This document shows positions 36,852 to 48,235 of a stretch of DNA of 64,000 nucleotides, piece by piece (the stretch's first letter is position 1; every line of letters starts with the position of its first letter). The DNA lies in contig DIHJ01000038.1 of assembly GCA_002420105.1 (NCBI GenBank), forward strand, positions 76,504 through 140,503. Direction: 5' to 3'. This stretch comes from Nitrospira sp. UBA5699. Its GTDB lineage: Bacteria; Nitrospirota; Nitrospiria; Nitrospirales; Nitrospiraceae. The position numbers were made by a program, and so were the translations under genes. Under the pieces are notes generated by a model. That model was given only the letters and a program-made list of their open reading frames with translations, ran no database searches and was not told the origin of the DNA.

Positions 36852-37276
36852 GGAGAAGACCGGGTGACCGTTCGTTGCGGCAACGTGGCGAGAGGAAAGT
36901 CCGGACTTCATGGGCAGGGCGCTGGGTAACACCCAGGCGGAGCAATCCGACACCCGCACCACAGAGAACAGACCGCCGATGGCCAAGGCGATGGGACCCC
37001 AATCTAGTCGCTGCGGATCAGGTAAGGGTGAAACGGTGGGGTAAGAGCCCACCGCGGGGATGGTGACATCACCGGCAGGGTAAGCGTCGCTCGATGCAAG
37101 GCCAAATAGGAAGACACCTGTCGTTTCCCGTTTCGGGGAGCGGCGACCGGCTGGCCCGGCTGAGGTCTTCGGGTAGGTCGCTTGAGGCTCGGGGCAACCC
37201 GGGTCCCAGAGAAATGATCACCCCCGTCCGGGAGCATATCCCAGGCGGGACAGAATCCGGCTTATAGGTCTTCTCC
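36852..37276 (+). ncRNA. rnpB: RNase P RNA, bacterial type A
   Basis: The P1 stem is GGAGAAGACC/GGTCTTCTCC. The conserved blocks GAGGAAAGTCCGGAC, ACAGAGAACAGACCGCCGATGGCC, ATCAGGTAAGGGTGAAA, GCAAGGCCAAATAGG and ACAGAATCCGGCTTAT are all present. Confidence 0.95.
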
Positions 37277-37508
37277 ACCGCGCTTTTTTGATCGCACGCC
37301 GTAAGTCGCCTTCCGTGATCTTCCCCGAGCACTCCTCGATTCCGTCGATCAGGACGACCGGGACTCTGGCTCCATAGCGGGCCAGCAGTTTCGGATCGTC
37401 GTCGGCGCATTGTTCGGTGATTTCAATCGGGAACTCCGCCCGGAGAAGGAACGCCATGCGGGAAATCACGTCGCAGAGGTGACAGTCTGCCCGGGAGACA
37501 ACGGTCAT
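37218..37508 (-). CDS. Glutaredoxin-like / thioredoxin-fold small protein (DUF836-like)
   Basis: The ATG at 37508 is followed by the CHLC redox motif and VPVVLIDG. The C-terminal 19 codons are antisense to the rnpB 3' end. Confidence 0.55.
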   Translation of the reverse strand: MTVVSRADCHLCDVISRMAFLLRAEFPIEITEQCADDDPKLLARYGARVPVVLIDGIEECSGKITEGDLRRAIKKARWRRPISRILSRLGYAPGRG

Positions 37509-37605
37509 GTGCAAGGGAGTTGTCCTCCGGTTCGACAGGCGCATGGCCTGAGACAGTAGCACGTCCCCTTCCGGTCTGTCATAGGGAGGTGCGCAAGAGG
37601 CGCAC

Positions 37606-37634
37606 TTGACCTGTCAGGGGCAGGATGGTAGGAT
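37606..37634 (+). promoter_or_regulatory. Candidate sigma-70 promoter of the ilv cluster
   Basis: TTGACC (37606-37611), a 17-nt spacer, then TAGGAT (37629-37634). Confidence 0.4.
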
Positions 37635-37766
37635 CTCGCATCTTTCCCCTTGATTTTTCAGAAGCTTCTGAATGACCAGGGGGAGGGTGTCTGCTATTGA
37701 TTCCACGGACAAGTGTTTCGTATCTCCGGTCGCTCGCCGTCGGCGGACGAGGAGAGGAGGTTCCGG

Positions 37767-39542
37767 ATGAAACTCACAGGTGCTGAAATCTTTATCGAAT
37801 GCCTCAAGCGCGAAGGCGTGAAAACGATCTTCGCGCTTCCCGGCGGAGTCGTGCTGAAGATTTTCGACATGCTCCATCAACAGAAGGACATCGAAGTGGT
37901 CCTGACCCGGCATGAGCAAGGCGCCGGACATATGGCCGAGGGCTATGCGAAGGCCACCGGCAAGGCGGGTGTATGCCTCGTGACGTCCGGGCCCGGCATG
38001 ACCAACGTCATCACCGCGCTGGCCGACGCCTACATGGATTCGGTGCCGCTGGTCTGTTTCAGCGGACAGGTTCCGACGAGTTTGATCGGCAATGACGCAT
38101 TTCAGGAGGCGGATAATATCGGCCTGAGCCGTCCCTGCACGAAATACAACTTTCTCGTGAAGGATGTGAACGAGTTGGCTTCGACCATCAAGGAAGCCTT
38201 CTACATCGCCACGACCGGTCGTCCGGGCCCGGTGCTGGTCGACATTCCCAAAGACGTTTCGATGGAGAAAGCGGAGTTCAATTATCCCAATTCGGTGTCG
38301 ATTCGCGGGTATAACCCGACCTACGACGGGAACAAGTGGCAGATCAAGCAGGCGGCCGAAGCGATTATGAAGGCCAAAAAGCCCATCCTCTACGTCGGAG
38401 GCGGGGTCATCTTCTCCGGCGCCTCGCAGGAATTGATCGAACTGGCCGAACTGACGCAGATTCCCGTGGATATGACCCTCATGGGCCTGGGGGCCTTCCC
38501 CGGCGAGCATCCGCTCTCGATGGGCATGCTGGGCATGCACGGAACCTATCAGGCCAACATGGCCATGCATTATTCGGATCTCGTCATCGCGATCGGGGCC
38601 CGGTTCGATGATCGCGTGACGGGTAAGGTGGCCGAATTCTGCCCCCATGCAAAGATCATCCACGTCGACATCGACCCGACGTCGATTCGGAAGAACATCC
38701 ACGTCGACATCCCGATCGTGGGTGACTGCAAGGCGGTGCTGCGCGAGTTGAACCAGATTCTCAAGGCGACCGTCAACGGCGAGCAAAAGGAACTCCGGAA
38801 GGCCTGGTGGGATCAGATCCGCGAATGGGAACGTGCGCATCCCCTGAGCTATCAACAGGAAACGGACGGTCCCATCAAGCCCCAGTATGTGATCAAGCGG
38901 CTGTATGAGTTGACGAAAGACCGTGACCCGATCGTGTCGACGGACGTCGGTCAGCACCAGATGTGGGCCGCCCAATACTTCAAGCTGGCGAAGCCGAATC
39001 GGTGGCTGACCTCCGGCGGGCTCGGGACGATGGGATTCGGATTCCCGGCTGCGATGGGCGCGCAAGCGGCCTTCCGGAACCGGTTGGTGCTGTGCATCGC
39101 CGGCGACGGGAGCATTCAGATGAACATGCAGGAGATGGCCACGGCGGTGGTCAGCAAGCTGCCGGTCAAGATCATCGTGTTGAACAACCGGTTCCACGGC
39201 ATGGTGCGTCAGTGGCAGGACCTGTTCTATGAAGGACGCTATGCGTCGAGTTACCTGGATACCACCCCGGATTTTGTGAAACTGGCCGAGGCCTACGGGG
39301 CCGTGGGACTGCGCGCAGGCAAGGTGGGCGATCTCGACGGCGTGCTCAAAGAGGCGATCGCGATCGAGAAGCCGGTCATCGTGGACGTGCCGACCTATCC
39401 CTACGAAAACGTCTACCCGATGATTCCGGCCGGCGGCTGCAACCACCAGATGATTCTGGAAGATCCGCCGGAGTTGAAGAACAAGCAGGCGGGAGTCGGG
39501 CAGGCGAGTCCGAAGGATTCCGACACGATTCTTACGGCCTAG
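37767..39542 (+). CDS. ilvB: Acetolactate synthase large subunit
   Basis: MKLTGAEIFIECLKREGV, HEQGAGHMAEGYA and the TPP motif GGLGTMGFGFPAAMGA...GDGS are present. A GGAGAGGAGG RBS precedes the start. Confidence 0.95.
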   Translation: MKLTGAEIFIECLKREGVKTIFALPGGVVLKIFDMLHQQKDIEVVLTRHEQGAGHMAEGYAKATGKAGVCLVTSGPGMTNVITALADAYMDSVPLVCFSGQVPTSLIGNDAFQEADNIGLSRPCTKYNFLVKDVNELASTIKEAFYIATTGRPGPVLVDIPKDVSMEKAEFNYPNSVSIRGYNPTYDGNKWQIKQAAEAIMKAKKPILYVGGGVIFSGASQELIELAELTQIPVDMTLMGLGAFPGEHPLSMGMLGMHGTYQANMAMHYSDLVIAIGARFDDRVTGKVAEFCPHAKIIHVDIDPTSIRKNIHVDIPIVGDCKAVLRELNQILKATVNGEQKELRKAWWDQIREWERAHPLSYQQETDGPIKPQYVIKRLYELTKDRDPIVSTDVGQHQMWAAQYFKLAKPNRWLTSGGLGTMGFGFPAAMGAQAAFRNRLVLCIAGDGSIQMNMQEMATAVVSKLPVKIIVLNNRFHGMVRQWQDLFYEGRYASSYLDTTPDFVKLAEAYGAVGLRAGKVGDLDGVLKEAIAIEKPVIVDVPTYPYENVYPMIPAGGCNHQMILEDPPELKNKQAGVGQASPKDSDTILTA

Positions 39543-39566
39543 CGGGGTCGGGAGCAAGCGGAAAGC

Positions 39567-41154
<1,588 letters not shown>

Positions 41155-41167
41155 GATTGAGGAATCT

Positions 41168-41818
41168 GTGGCCGATCGTGCCGTCGGTATTCCCTTTGCC
41201 AAAGAGGGATTTCCCTTCATCGGAGCTGCGGCCGGCGTTACACTGCTGGCAGGGTGGCTGGGGTGGACCGTCGCGGCGGCCGGGGCCGCGGGGTTGACGC
41301 TCTTTGTGTCCTGGTTCTTCCGGAATCCCGCGCGGGTCATCCCTCAGGGGGCCGGGTTGGTCGTGGCGCCGGGCGACGGAAAAGTCATCGCCATCGAAGA
41401 GGAATTCGAGCCGCGCTACCTCAAGGACCGCAGCATTCGGGTCACGATTTTCCTGAACGTGTTCGATGTACACATCAACCGGATGCCCTGCGAAGGGATC
41501 GTGGAAGATGTACAATATCAGCCGGGGTTGTTCCTGGTCGCCAGCAAGCCGGACGCGACGATCAAGAACGAGCAGAATGCCCTGATGATCAAAACGGCGA
41601 AGGGCGCCAAGGTGCTCTGCGTACAGGTGGCCGGGTTGATTGCCCGGCGGATCGTCTGCTGGGTGTCTCCCCAAGACAGGGCCGTCCGGGGAGAACGGTT
41701 CGGGCTCATTCGCTTCGGTTCGCGGATGGACACCTTTCTTCCGGTGGGAACGGCGATTACGGTGGCCGTCGGCGATCGTGTGAAGGGCGGGGAGACCATT
41801 CTGGGGGAATTGCGATGA
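41168..41818 (+). CDS. psd: Phosphatidylserine decarboxylase proenzyme (short type)
   Basis: A GTG start is followed by PGDGKV, HINRMP and the self-cleavage region FGSRMD. Confidence 0.85.
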   Translation: MADRAVGIPFAKEGFPFIGAAAGVTLLAGWLGWTVAAAGAAGLTLFVSWFFRNPARVIPQGAGLVVAPGDGKVIAIEEEFEPRYLKDRSIRVTIFLNVFDVHINRMPCEGIVEDVQYQPGLFLVASKPDATIKNEQNALMIKTAKGAKVLCVQVAGLIARRIVCWVSPQDRAVRGERFGLIRFGSRMDTFLPVGTAITVAVGDRVKGGETILGELR

Positions 41819-42621
41819 AGACCACAGCGCTGCGACAATCCTTCGCCAAGGGCGGCAAGCGGCACAAGGCCGCCATGCATGTGATCCCGAATCTCTTTAC
41901 CACCGGCAATCTGTTTTGCGGGGTGTTCGCGATCCTGTCGGTCTTCAACGCGAACTACCTGGCCGCGGCGATTGCCATTCTGGTCGCGATGGTTTTCGAT
42001 GTGCTGGACGGCAAGTCCGCGCGATTGACGAACAGCACCAGCCACTTCGGTCTGGAGTACGATTCCCTCTCAGACGTGGTGTCGTTCGGAGTCGCTCCGG
42101 GATTCCTGATCTACTCCTGGGCGCTCAGCGGGCAGGGGACCTTCGGCATCGCCGTGATGTTCGCCTACGTGGCGATGGGCGCGGTGCGGCTCGCCCGCTT
42201 CAACTCGACGGTTGCCGTGTCGGACGGCAAGTACTTTACGGGACTGGCGATTCCCGCGGCCGCGGGGGTCGTGGCGTCCCTGGTGATTTTCGACCACCAT
42301 ATCGTGCGGATGGGCGCGGAAGTGAAGCCGGTGTTCGTTCTGGTCATCACGCTGGTGTTGTCCTTCCTGATGGTCAGCACGATCAAGTATCGCAGCTTCA
42401 AGGATATGAAGTTTCGCGGGGGCCAGCATATTACGTATTTGGTCTGGGGCATCCTCGGACTGGTCCTGGTGGCAGCCTGGCCCCAGGTTATGTTATTTGT
42501 ACTCTTCGCCGGGTACGCCTTGCTCGGGCCTGTCGAGCGCATCATCGGGATGTTCGGCAAACTCGGCGGGAAACAGGCTCAGTCGAAGAGGGAACAGTCC
42601 GCAGTCGAACAAAAGTTCTAG
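41815..42621 (+). CDS. pssA: CDP-diacylglycerol--serine O-phosphatidyltransferase
   Basis: The CDP-alcohol phosphatidyltransferase motif is DVLDGKSARLTNSTSHFGLEYDSLSD. The start overlaps the psd stop as ATGA. The longer track ORF from 41254 is rejected. Confidence 0.9.
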   Translation: MKTTALRQSFAKGGKRHKAAMHVIPNLFTTGNLFCGVFAILSVFNANYLAAAIAILVAMVFDVLDGKSARLTNSTSHFGLEYDSLSDVVSFGVAPGFLIYSWALSGQGTFGIAVMFAYVAMGAVRLARFNSTVAVSDGKYFTGLAIPAAAGVVASLVIFDHHIVRMGAEVKPVFVLVITLVLSFLMVSTIKYRSFKDMKFRGGQHITYLVWGILGLVLVAAWPQVMLFVLFAGYALLGPVERIIGMFGKLGGKQAQSKREQSAVEQKF

Positions 42622-42632
42622 CGGCGACGACG

Positions 42633-42883
42633 AGGAGTAGTACGCAGACCGCCCGGTCATGGAGAGAGCTGGTGGATGGTGCGAACCAGCCCGGGTCATG
42701 CCGAACTCGCCTCCGAGCCAGAACCCGTGAAATCCGAGTAGTGGGTTCCGCCTCGCCCCCGTCACGGGCCGAACGAAGGGCATGGACAGCGGTCGTGTTG
42801 TCCGTGCCGAATCAGGGTGGTACCACGGAGCCGTCTGAAGCCTCCGTCCCTGGGCCTGAGGGATGGAGGCTTTTGCATTTTTT
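42633..42883 (+). promoter_or_regulatory. T-box leader (Leu specifier CUC) with a terminator hairpin, upstream of leuA
   Basis: Stem I carries the AGUA (about 42639-42642) and GAA S-turn halves, the specifier CUC (42706-42708) followed by G, and an AGAGAG bay (42662-42667). The T-box sequence is AGGGTGGTACCACGG (42814-42828), including UGGU. The terminator stem is AAGCCTCCGTCCCT/AGGGATGGAGGCTT, followed by TTGCATTTTTT (42838-42883). Confidence 0.75.
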
Positions 42884-42903
42884 GAGCGGAGAGAGGTGAG
42901 ACG

Positions 42904-44451
42904 ATGACACGCATGATCAGAATTTTCGATACGACGTTGCGCGACGGAGAGCAGTCTCCCGGCGCGAGCATGAACGTGGAAGAAAAGGTCATGGTGGCCA
43001 AACAGCTGGCGCGGCTCGGCGTGGATATCATCGAGGCGGGGTTTGCCTACAGTTCGCCCGGCGATTTCGAAGCGGTGCGCCGGATCGCGCGGGAAGTCGA
43101 AGGGCCCACGATCTGCAGCCTGGCCCGCGCCCGCCCGGAGGACATTGATCGGGCCTGGGAGGCGCTGAAAGGCGCGCCCAAGGTCCGCATCCATACGTTC
43201 CTGTCGACCTCCGACATCCATTTGAAGCATCAGTTCCGGATGACGCGCGAGGAGGCGAAAGCGCGCGCGGTGGACATGGTCAGGCGGGCGAGGGGCTATG
43301 TCGAGGATGTCGAATTCTCCCCGATGGACGCCAGTCGATCCGATCCGGCCTACCTGTATGAGGTGATCGAGGCCGTGATCGCGGCCGGTGCCGGGACGGT
43401 GAATATTCCGGACACCGTCGGCTACGCCATTCCACAGGAGTTCGGCCGGCTCATCAGGGGAATCAGGGAACATGTTCCCAATATCTCCAAGGCGGTGATC
43501 TCCGTGCATTGTCACAACGATTTGGGGCTTGCGGTGGCGAACAGCCTGGCCGCGGTGATGGAGGGGGCCGGGCAGGTCGAGTGCACCATCAACGGAATCG
43601 GCGAACGGGCGGGCAATACGTCGCTGGAAGAGGTCGTGATGGGCTTGCGGACCCGCAAGGATCTCTATCAGGCCGACACGAAGATCCACACGGAGGAAAT
43701 CTCGAAGACCAGCCGGTTGGTCAGCAAGATTACGGGCATGGTGGTGCAGCCGAACAAGGCGATCGTCGGGGCGAACGCGTTCGCCCACACCTCCGGCATT
43801 CATCAGGACGGCCTGCTGAAAGACAAGACCACGTACGAAATCATGCGGCCCGAGTCGATCGGGTTGGTCGAAAGCAAGATGGTCATGGGCAAGCTCTCGG
43901 GACGGCATGCGTTCCGCCAGCGGCTCGAGGAATTGGGGTACAAACTGACGGATGAAGAAGTCAACCATGCCTTCGAGCGGTTCAAAAAGCTCGCCGACCA
44001 CAAGAAGGAGATCTACGAAGAGGATCTCGAAGTGATCGTGTCGGAGGAGCTGGCCAAGATGGCGGATCGCATCACCCTGAAGTCCTTCCGGGTTCAAAGC
44101 GGAACGGATCAGGTTCCGACCGCGACGGTCGAACTGGAAATCGACGGAAAATCCATCGTCCAGACCGGTACCGGAGACGGACCGGTGGATGCCGTCTATC
44201 GGACCATCGCCGCGATTACTCAGACCAAGAGCAAACTGCTCATGTACGTGGTCAAGGCGATTACGGGGGGTACCGACGCGCAGGGCGAAGTCTCCGTCCG
44301 CGTACAGGAGGACGGACGGACCGTCTCGGGCCACGGGGCCGACACCGACATCATCACGGCCTCGGCGCGCGCGTATTTGAGCGCGTTGAACAAGCTGGCC
44401 TATCTGGCGGCGAAACAGGCGCAAGGCGAGCAGAAGGTGAACTTGATTTAG
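42904..44451 (+). CDS. leuA: 2-isopropylmalate synthase
   Basis: [30 protein letters not shown] and a C-terminal LeuA dimerisation/regulatory domain are present. Confidence 0.97.
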   Translation: MTRMIRIFDTTLRDGEQSPGASMNVEEKVMVAKQLARLGVDIIEAGFAYSSPGDFEAVRRIAREVEGPTICSLARARPEDIDRAWEALKGAPKVRIHTFLSTSDIHLKHQFRMTREEAKARAVDMVRRARGYVEDVEFSPMDASRSDPAYLYEVIEAVIAAGAGTVNIPDTVGYAIPQEFGRLIRGIREHVPNISKAVISVHCHNDLGLAVANSLAAVMEGAGQVECTINGIGERAGNTSLEEVVMGLRTRKDLYQADTKIHTEEISKTSRLVSKITGMVVQPNKAIVGANAFAHTSGIHQDGLLKDKTTYEIMRPESIGLVESKMVMGKLSGRHAFRQRLEELGYKLTDEEVNHAFERFKKLADHKKEIYEEDLEVIVSEELAKMADRITLKSFRVQSGTDQVPTATVELEIDGKSIVQTGTGDGPVDAVYRTIAAITQTKSKLLMYVVKAITGGTDAQGEVSVRVQEDGRTVSGHGADTDIITASARAYLSALNKLAYLAAKQAQGEQKVNLI

Positions 44452-44513
44452 CCGGGACCCCCACGGTACAGTGACCGGTTCGCAAGCATTGCGGCGGGCA
44501 TGCGGGGGCATTT

Positions 44514-44876
44514 GTGTTGAAGGTCACGCTGTCAGATCGTCCCGAGTTTCTGGCCGGCGATCATACGCGTCTGCGGGAGATCTTCCACCCGGCCAAGCAT
44601 CAACTGAAACTGGGTTATAGCCTGGCCCACGGGACGCTGGCCCCGGGGCAACGGTCGAAACGGCACGTCCTGGTCTCGTCGGAAGTCTATTACTTCATCG
44701 CGGGCCGGGGACGGTTCACGGTCGACGGCGAGGTCGTGTCGGTCGAGGCCGGCGCCACGTTGTACGTGCCGCCGGGGGCGACGCAGTCGCTGGAGAACAC
44801 GGGCGACAGCCGGATCGAGTTTCTCTGTCTGGTGGATCCGGCCTGGAAAGTCGAAGACGAAACAATCGTGGAATAG
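44514..44876 (+). CDS. Cupin-domain protein
   Basis: The 120-aa product shows a cupin beta-barrel pattern ([13 protein letters not shown]...[15 protein letters not shown]). Confidence 0.65.
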   Translation: MLKVTLSDRPEFLAGDHTRLREIFHPAKHQLKLGYSLAHGTLAPGQRSKRHVLVSSEVYYFIAGRGRFTVDGEVVSVEAGATLYVPPGATQSLENTGDSRIEFLCLVDPAWKVEDETIVE

Positions 44877-44908
44877 CTGATCGCACAGTAACGAAGGAGT
44901 GGCGCGAC

Positions 44909-45982
44909 GTGAAGGCGAAGATTGCGGTGCTGGCGGGAGACGGCGTCGGGCGGGAAATCGTTCCCGAAGCGGTGAAGGTGCTGAAGGCGGTGGCCGAGAA
45001 GTTCGGCCATCAGTTCGAGTTTGCGGCCGGAGACGTCGGAGGGCAGGCGATCGACAAGGTCGGCGTGCCGCTCCCGCAGGATACGCTCGCGTTGGCCAAA
45101 CAGAGCGATGCCGTGCTGTTGGGCGCCGTCGGCGGCCCGAAATGGGAGGGACTCGAGTACAGCCTGCGTCCCGAGCGCGCGCTGCTGGGCCTGCGTGAGC
45201 AGTTGGGGCTCTATGCGAACCTCCGCCCCGCGAAGTTGTACGGCGTGCTGGCCGATGCCTCGACCCTCAAGAAGGAAGTCATCGAGGGCATCGACATCCT
45301 CGTGATCCGCGAGCTGACCGGCGGCATCTATTTCGGCAGGCCGAAGGGCATCGAGAAGCTTCCCAACGGCAGCGAGCGCGGCGTCAACACCGAGATCTAT
45401 ACCACCGAGGAGATTCGTCGCATCGCGAAGGTGGCGTTCGAAGCGGCGCGCAAGCGAAGGAAGAAAGTCACGTCGGTCGACAAGGCGAACGTCCTCGAGT
45501 CTTCCGAGCTGTGGCGGCGCGTCGTCATCGACGTCCACAAGGACTATCCCGATGTGGAGTTGCATCACATCTACGTCGATAATGCCGCCATGCAGTTGGT
45601 CCGCAATCCCCGTCAGTTCGACGTGATGCTGTGCAACAACATTTTCGGCGACATTCTCAGCGATGAAGCGGCGATGTTGACCGGCTCCATCGGCATGCTC
45701 CCCTCCGCCAGCATCGGCGCCCAGGTCGGCTTGTTCGAGCCGATCCACGGGAGCGCTCCCGATATCGCCGGCAAGAACATCGCCAACCCCATCGCGACCA
45801 TCGCCTCGGCGGCGATGATGCTGTCCTATGCGTTCAAGCTGGATAAGGAAGCGGAAGTGATCGAACAGGCCATCGTGAAGACCCTCGATCTCGGCTATCG
45901 CACGAAGGATATTCAGAGCCCGGGGGCTCGGCTCGTGGGGACTACGGAAATGGGCGACGCGATTCTGAGGAATCTGCACTAA
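44909..45982 (+). CDS. leuB: 3-isopropylmalate dehydrogenase
   Basis: A GTG start is followed by [24 protein letters not shown] and [25 protein letters not shown]. Confidence 0.97.
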   Translation: MKAKIAVLAGDGVGREIVPEAVKVLKAVAEKFGHQFEFAAGDVGGQAIDKVGVPLPQDTLALAKQSDAVLLGAVGGPKWEGLEYSLRPERALLGLREQLGLYANLRPAKLYGVLADASTLKKEVIEGIDILVIRELTGGIYFGRPKGIEKLPNGSERGVNTEIYTTEEIRRIAKVAFEAARKRRKKVTSVDKANVLESSELWRRVVIDVHKDYPDVELHHIYVDNAAMQLVRNPRQFDVMLCNNIFGDILSDEAAMLTGSIGMLPSASIGAQVGLFEPIHGSAPDIAGKNIANPIATIASAAMMLSYAFKLDKEAEVIEQAIVKTLDLGYRTKDIQSPGARLVGTTEMGDAILRNLH

Positions 45983-45993
45983 CCGATGGGTGG

Positions 45994-47202
45994 ATGATGC
46001 CGACCGAAGTCAACGCCGGCACGATCCGCACGGCGGCTGGAAACGGCGACTGCGGAGCAACGGGCGATGGCGCGCTCGCCGTCGCGGCCTGTCTCAACGA
46101 GCCCAAAGGGGTGACGATCGACGGGCAGGGAAACCTCCTTATCGCGGACTCGGAGAATCACCTCGTGCGGAAAGTGGACCGCGCGACCGGCCTGATCGCC
46201 ACGATCGCCGGCTGTGCGGGCGCTCTCGAGCCCCGGCTCGAAGTCGTGAAGCCTGGTCCGGCGCCGGAGGGGGACAATGACGATCCGTTTTCGGACGCCG
46301 GTACCATGGGAGAACGGGCGTTCGCCCAGCAGACCGATTTGAGCGGAACGGTTCGCTATGTGGTCAACGGCGCCGGAGTCGTCAAGCGATTCGGCGGCGA
46401 CGGCGGCTCGGCCGGGCAGGCGTTCTTGAATTTTCCGACAGCGGTGGCCGTCGACGGCGCGGGGCACGTATACATTGCCGACACCATGAATCATCGGGTC
46501 CGCCGTGTCGAGGCCGGCACGGGGGTGATCACGACGATCGCCGGTGTCGGGCAACCGCGATTCGGCGGCGACGGCGGCCCGGCCGTGGCGGCGGGCCTGA
46601 ACGAGCCGGCCGCGTTGGCCGTGGACGAGAGGGGGACGTTGTATATCGCGGATCAGAGCAACAATCGCGTCCGGGCGATCGATTTGTCGACGGGAATCAT
46701 CCGTACGATCGCCGGGACGGGCTCCGCCGCGTACGACGGAGACGGGATGAAGGCGACCGAGGCAAGTCTCGCGGGCCCCAGCGGCCTGGCGCTCGGCCCG
46801 GACGGCACCCTCTACATCGCCGACACCTTCAACGGACGCATCCGTGCCGTGCATCCTGTGAGCGGTGTGCTCAGTACGGTTGCGGGCGACGGAGGTGAAT
46901 ATCGTTATCAGGGGGCCGTCGAACCGCCTTCGACGAGCTTGTCCAGACCGTCCGGAATTGCCCTTGACGCAGCGGGGAATCTGTTTATCACCGATTCCGA
47001 CAATCATCTCGTCAGGCGCTGGGACCGGGCCAACGGACGTCTGGAGCGTCTGGCCGGCGTCGGGGTGGCCAATTTCGGCGGCGACGGCGGAACGGCCCTG
47101 GAGGCCAGCCTGAATTATCCGTTTGGCATCGCGCTGAATCGCGAGGGACACGTGTTCATCGCCGATACGTTTAATCATCGGATCCGTGAAATCATTTTAT
47201 AG
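45994..47202 (+). CDS. NHL-repeat beta-propeller protein
   Basis: Six repeats follow the pattern LN.P.G(V/L)A.D..G.LYIAD..NHR(I/V)R. There is no obvious signal peptide. Confidence 0.8.
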   Translation: MMPTEVNAGTIRTAAGNGDCGATGDGALAVAACLNEPKGVTIDGQGNLLIADSENHLVRKVDRATGLIATIAGCAGALEPRLEVVKPGPAPEGDNDDPFSDAGTMGERAFAQQTDLSGTVRYVVNGAGVVKRFGGDGGSAGQAFLNFPTAVAVDGAGHVYIADTMNHRVRRVEAGTGVITTIAGVGQPRFGGDGGPAVAAGLNEPAALAVDERGTLYIADQSNNRVRAIDLSTGIIRTIAGTGSAAYDGDGMKATEASLAGPSGLALGPDGTLYIADTFNGRIRAVHPVSGVLSTVAGDGGEYRYQGAVEPPSTSLSRPSGIALDAAGNLFITDSDNHLVRRWDRANGRLERLAGVGVANFGGDGGTALEASLNYPFGIALNREGHVFIADTFNHRIREIIL

Positions 47203-47212
47203 GTAGCCTCGT

Positions 47213-48235
47213 ATGCTGCAGAAGAAATCGGGATATGTGGTGGCGATTCTCGGCGCGACCGGTGCGGTGGGGAAGGAAACGCTCGAGATTCTCGAAGAGC
47301 GGAAGTTTCCTCTGGCCTTGCTGAAACTGTTCGCCTCGAAGCGGTCTGCGGGCGAAGTGCTGGCCTGTCAGGACAAGGAATGGAAAGTCGAGGAGTTGAC
47401 GCCCGACGTGTCGTTTGCCGGGGTCGACATCGCGCTCATCTCGGCGACCGACGCGATCAGCCGCGAATACGGGCAACGACTCGGTGCGGCCGGCGTGGCG
47501 GTGATCGACGACAGCGGCGTCTTTCGCATGGAAGCCGACGTTCCCTTGGTGGTGCCGGAGGTCAACGCCCATGCGCTCCGCGCGATGCCCCGCGGCATCG
47601 TTTCGATTCCCAATTGTACGACCACTCCGCTGGTGATGGCGCTCAAGCCGCTGCAAGATTCAGTCGGGGTGAAGCGCGTCGTGGTGACGACGTTCCAGTC
47701 GGTTTCAGGGACCGGCGCCGCGGCGATGGACGAACTGCTGACCCAGACGAAAGATCTGATGGCCTTCCGCGACGCGAAGGCCGAAGTGTATCCGTATCAG
47801 ATCGCGTTCAATCTCCTGCCGCACATCGGTTCCTTCAACGAGGGAGGAGACTGTTCCGAAGAGGTGAAGATCGCCAACGAGACGAGGAAGATTCTCGGCG
47901 CCCCCCGGCTGCGCGTGACGGCGACGACGGTCCGGGTGCCCGTGTTGCGGTGTCATTCCGAGGCGGTCAACGTCGAATTGGAACGTCCGCTCACGCCGAA
48001 CGAAGCCCGCGCGGCGCTGGCCGCCATGCCGGGCGTCATCGTCTACGATGACCCGGGCAGGAAACTCTACCCCATGCCGTTGGACGCGACCGGCAAGGAC
48101 GAGGTGTATGTCGGCCGCATCAGAACCGACGAATCGATCGCCAACGGCCTGAACCTCTGGGTCGTGTCGGACAATCTCCGCAAGGGAGCCGCCCTCAATG
48201 CGGTGCAGATTGCCGAGTGTCTGGTGAAAGGCTGA
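47213..48235 (+). CDS. asd: Aspartate-semialdehyde dehydrogenase
   Basis: ILGATGAVG and the active-site SIPNCTTTP are present, with the overall Asd layout. Confidence 0.95.
   Translation: MLQKKSGYVVAILGATGAVGKETLEILEERKFPLALLKLFASKRSAGEVLACQDKEWKVEELTPDVSFAGVDIALISATDAISREYGQRLGAAGVAVIDDSGVFRMEADVPLVVPEVNAHALRAMPRGIVSIPNCTTTPLVMALKPLQDSVGVKRVVVTTFQSVSGTGAAAMDELLTQTKDLMAFRDAKAEVYPYQIAFNLLPHIGSFNEGGDCSEEVKIANETRKILGAPRLRVTATTVRVPVLRCHSEAVNVELERPLTPNEARAALAAMPGVIVYDDPGRKLYPMPLDATGKDEVYVGRIRTDESIANGLNLWVVSDNLRKGAALNAVQIAECLVKG

Noticed and set aside
37672-37770. A 32-codon upstream ORF ending in an ATGA overlap with the ilvB start, considered as an attenuator leader peptide.
   Set aside because: The peptide (MTRGRVSAIDSTDKCFVSPVARRRRTRRGGSG) is not enriched in Ile, Val or Leu. 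There is no RBS in front of it and no terminator/antiterminator pair after it.
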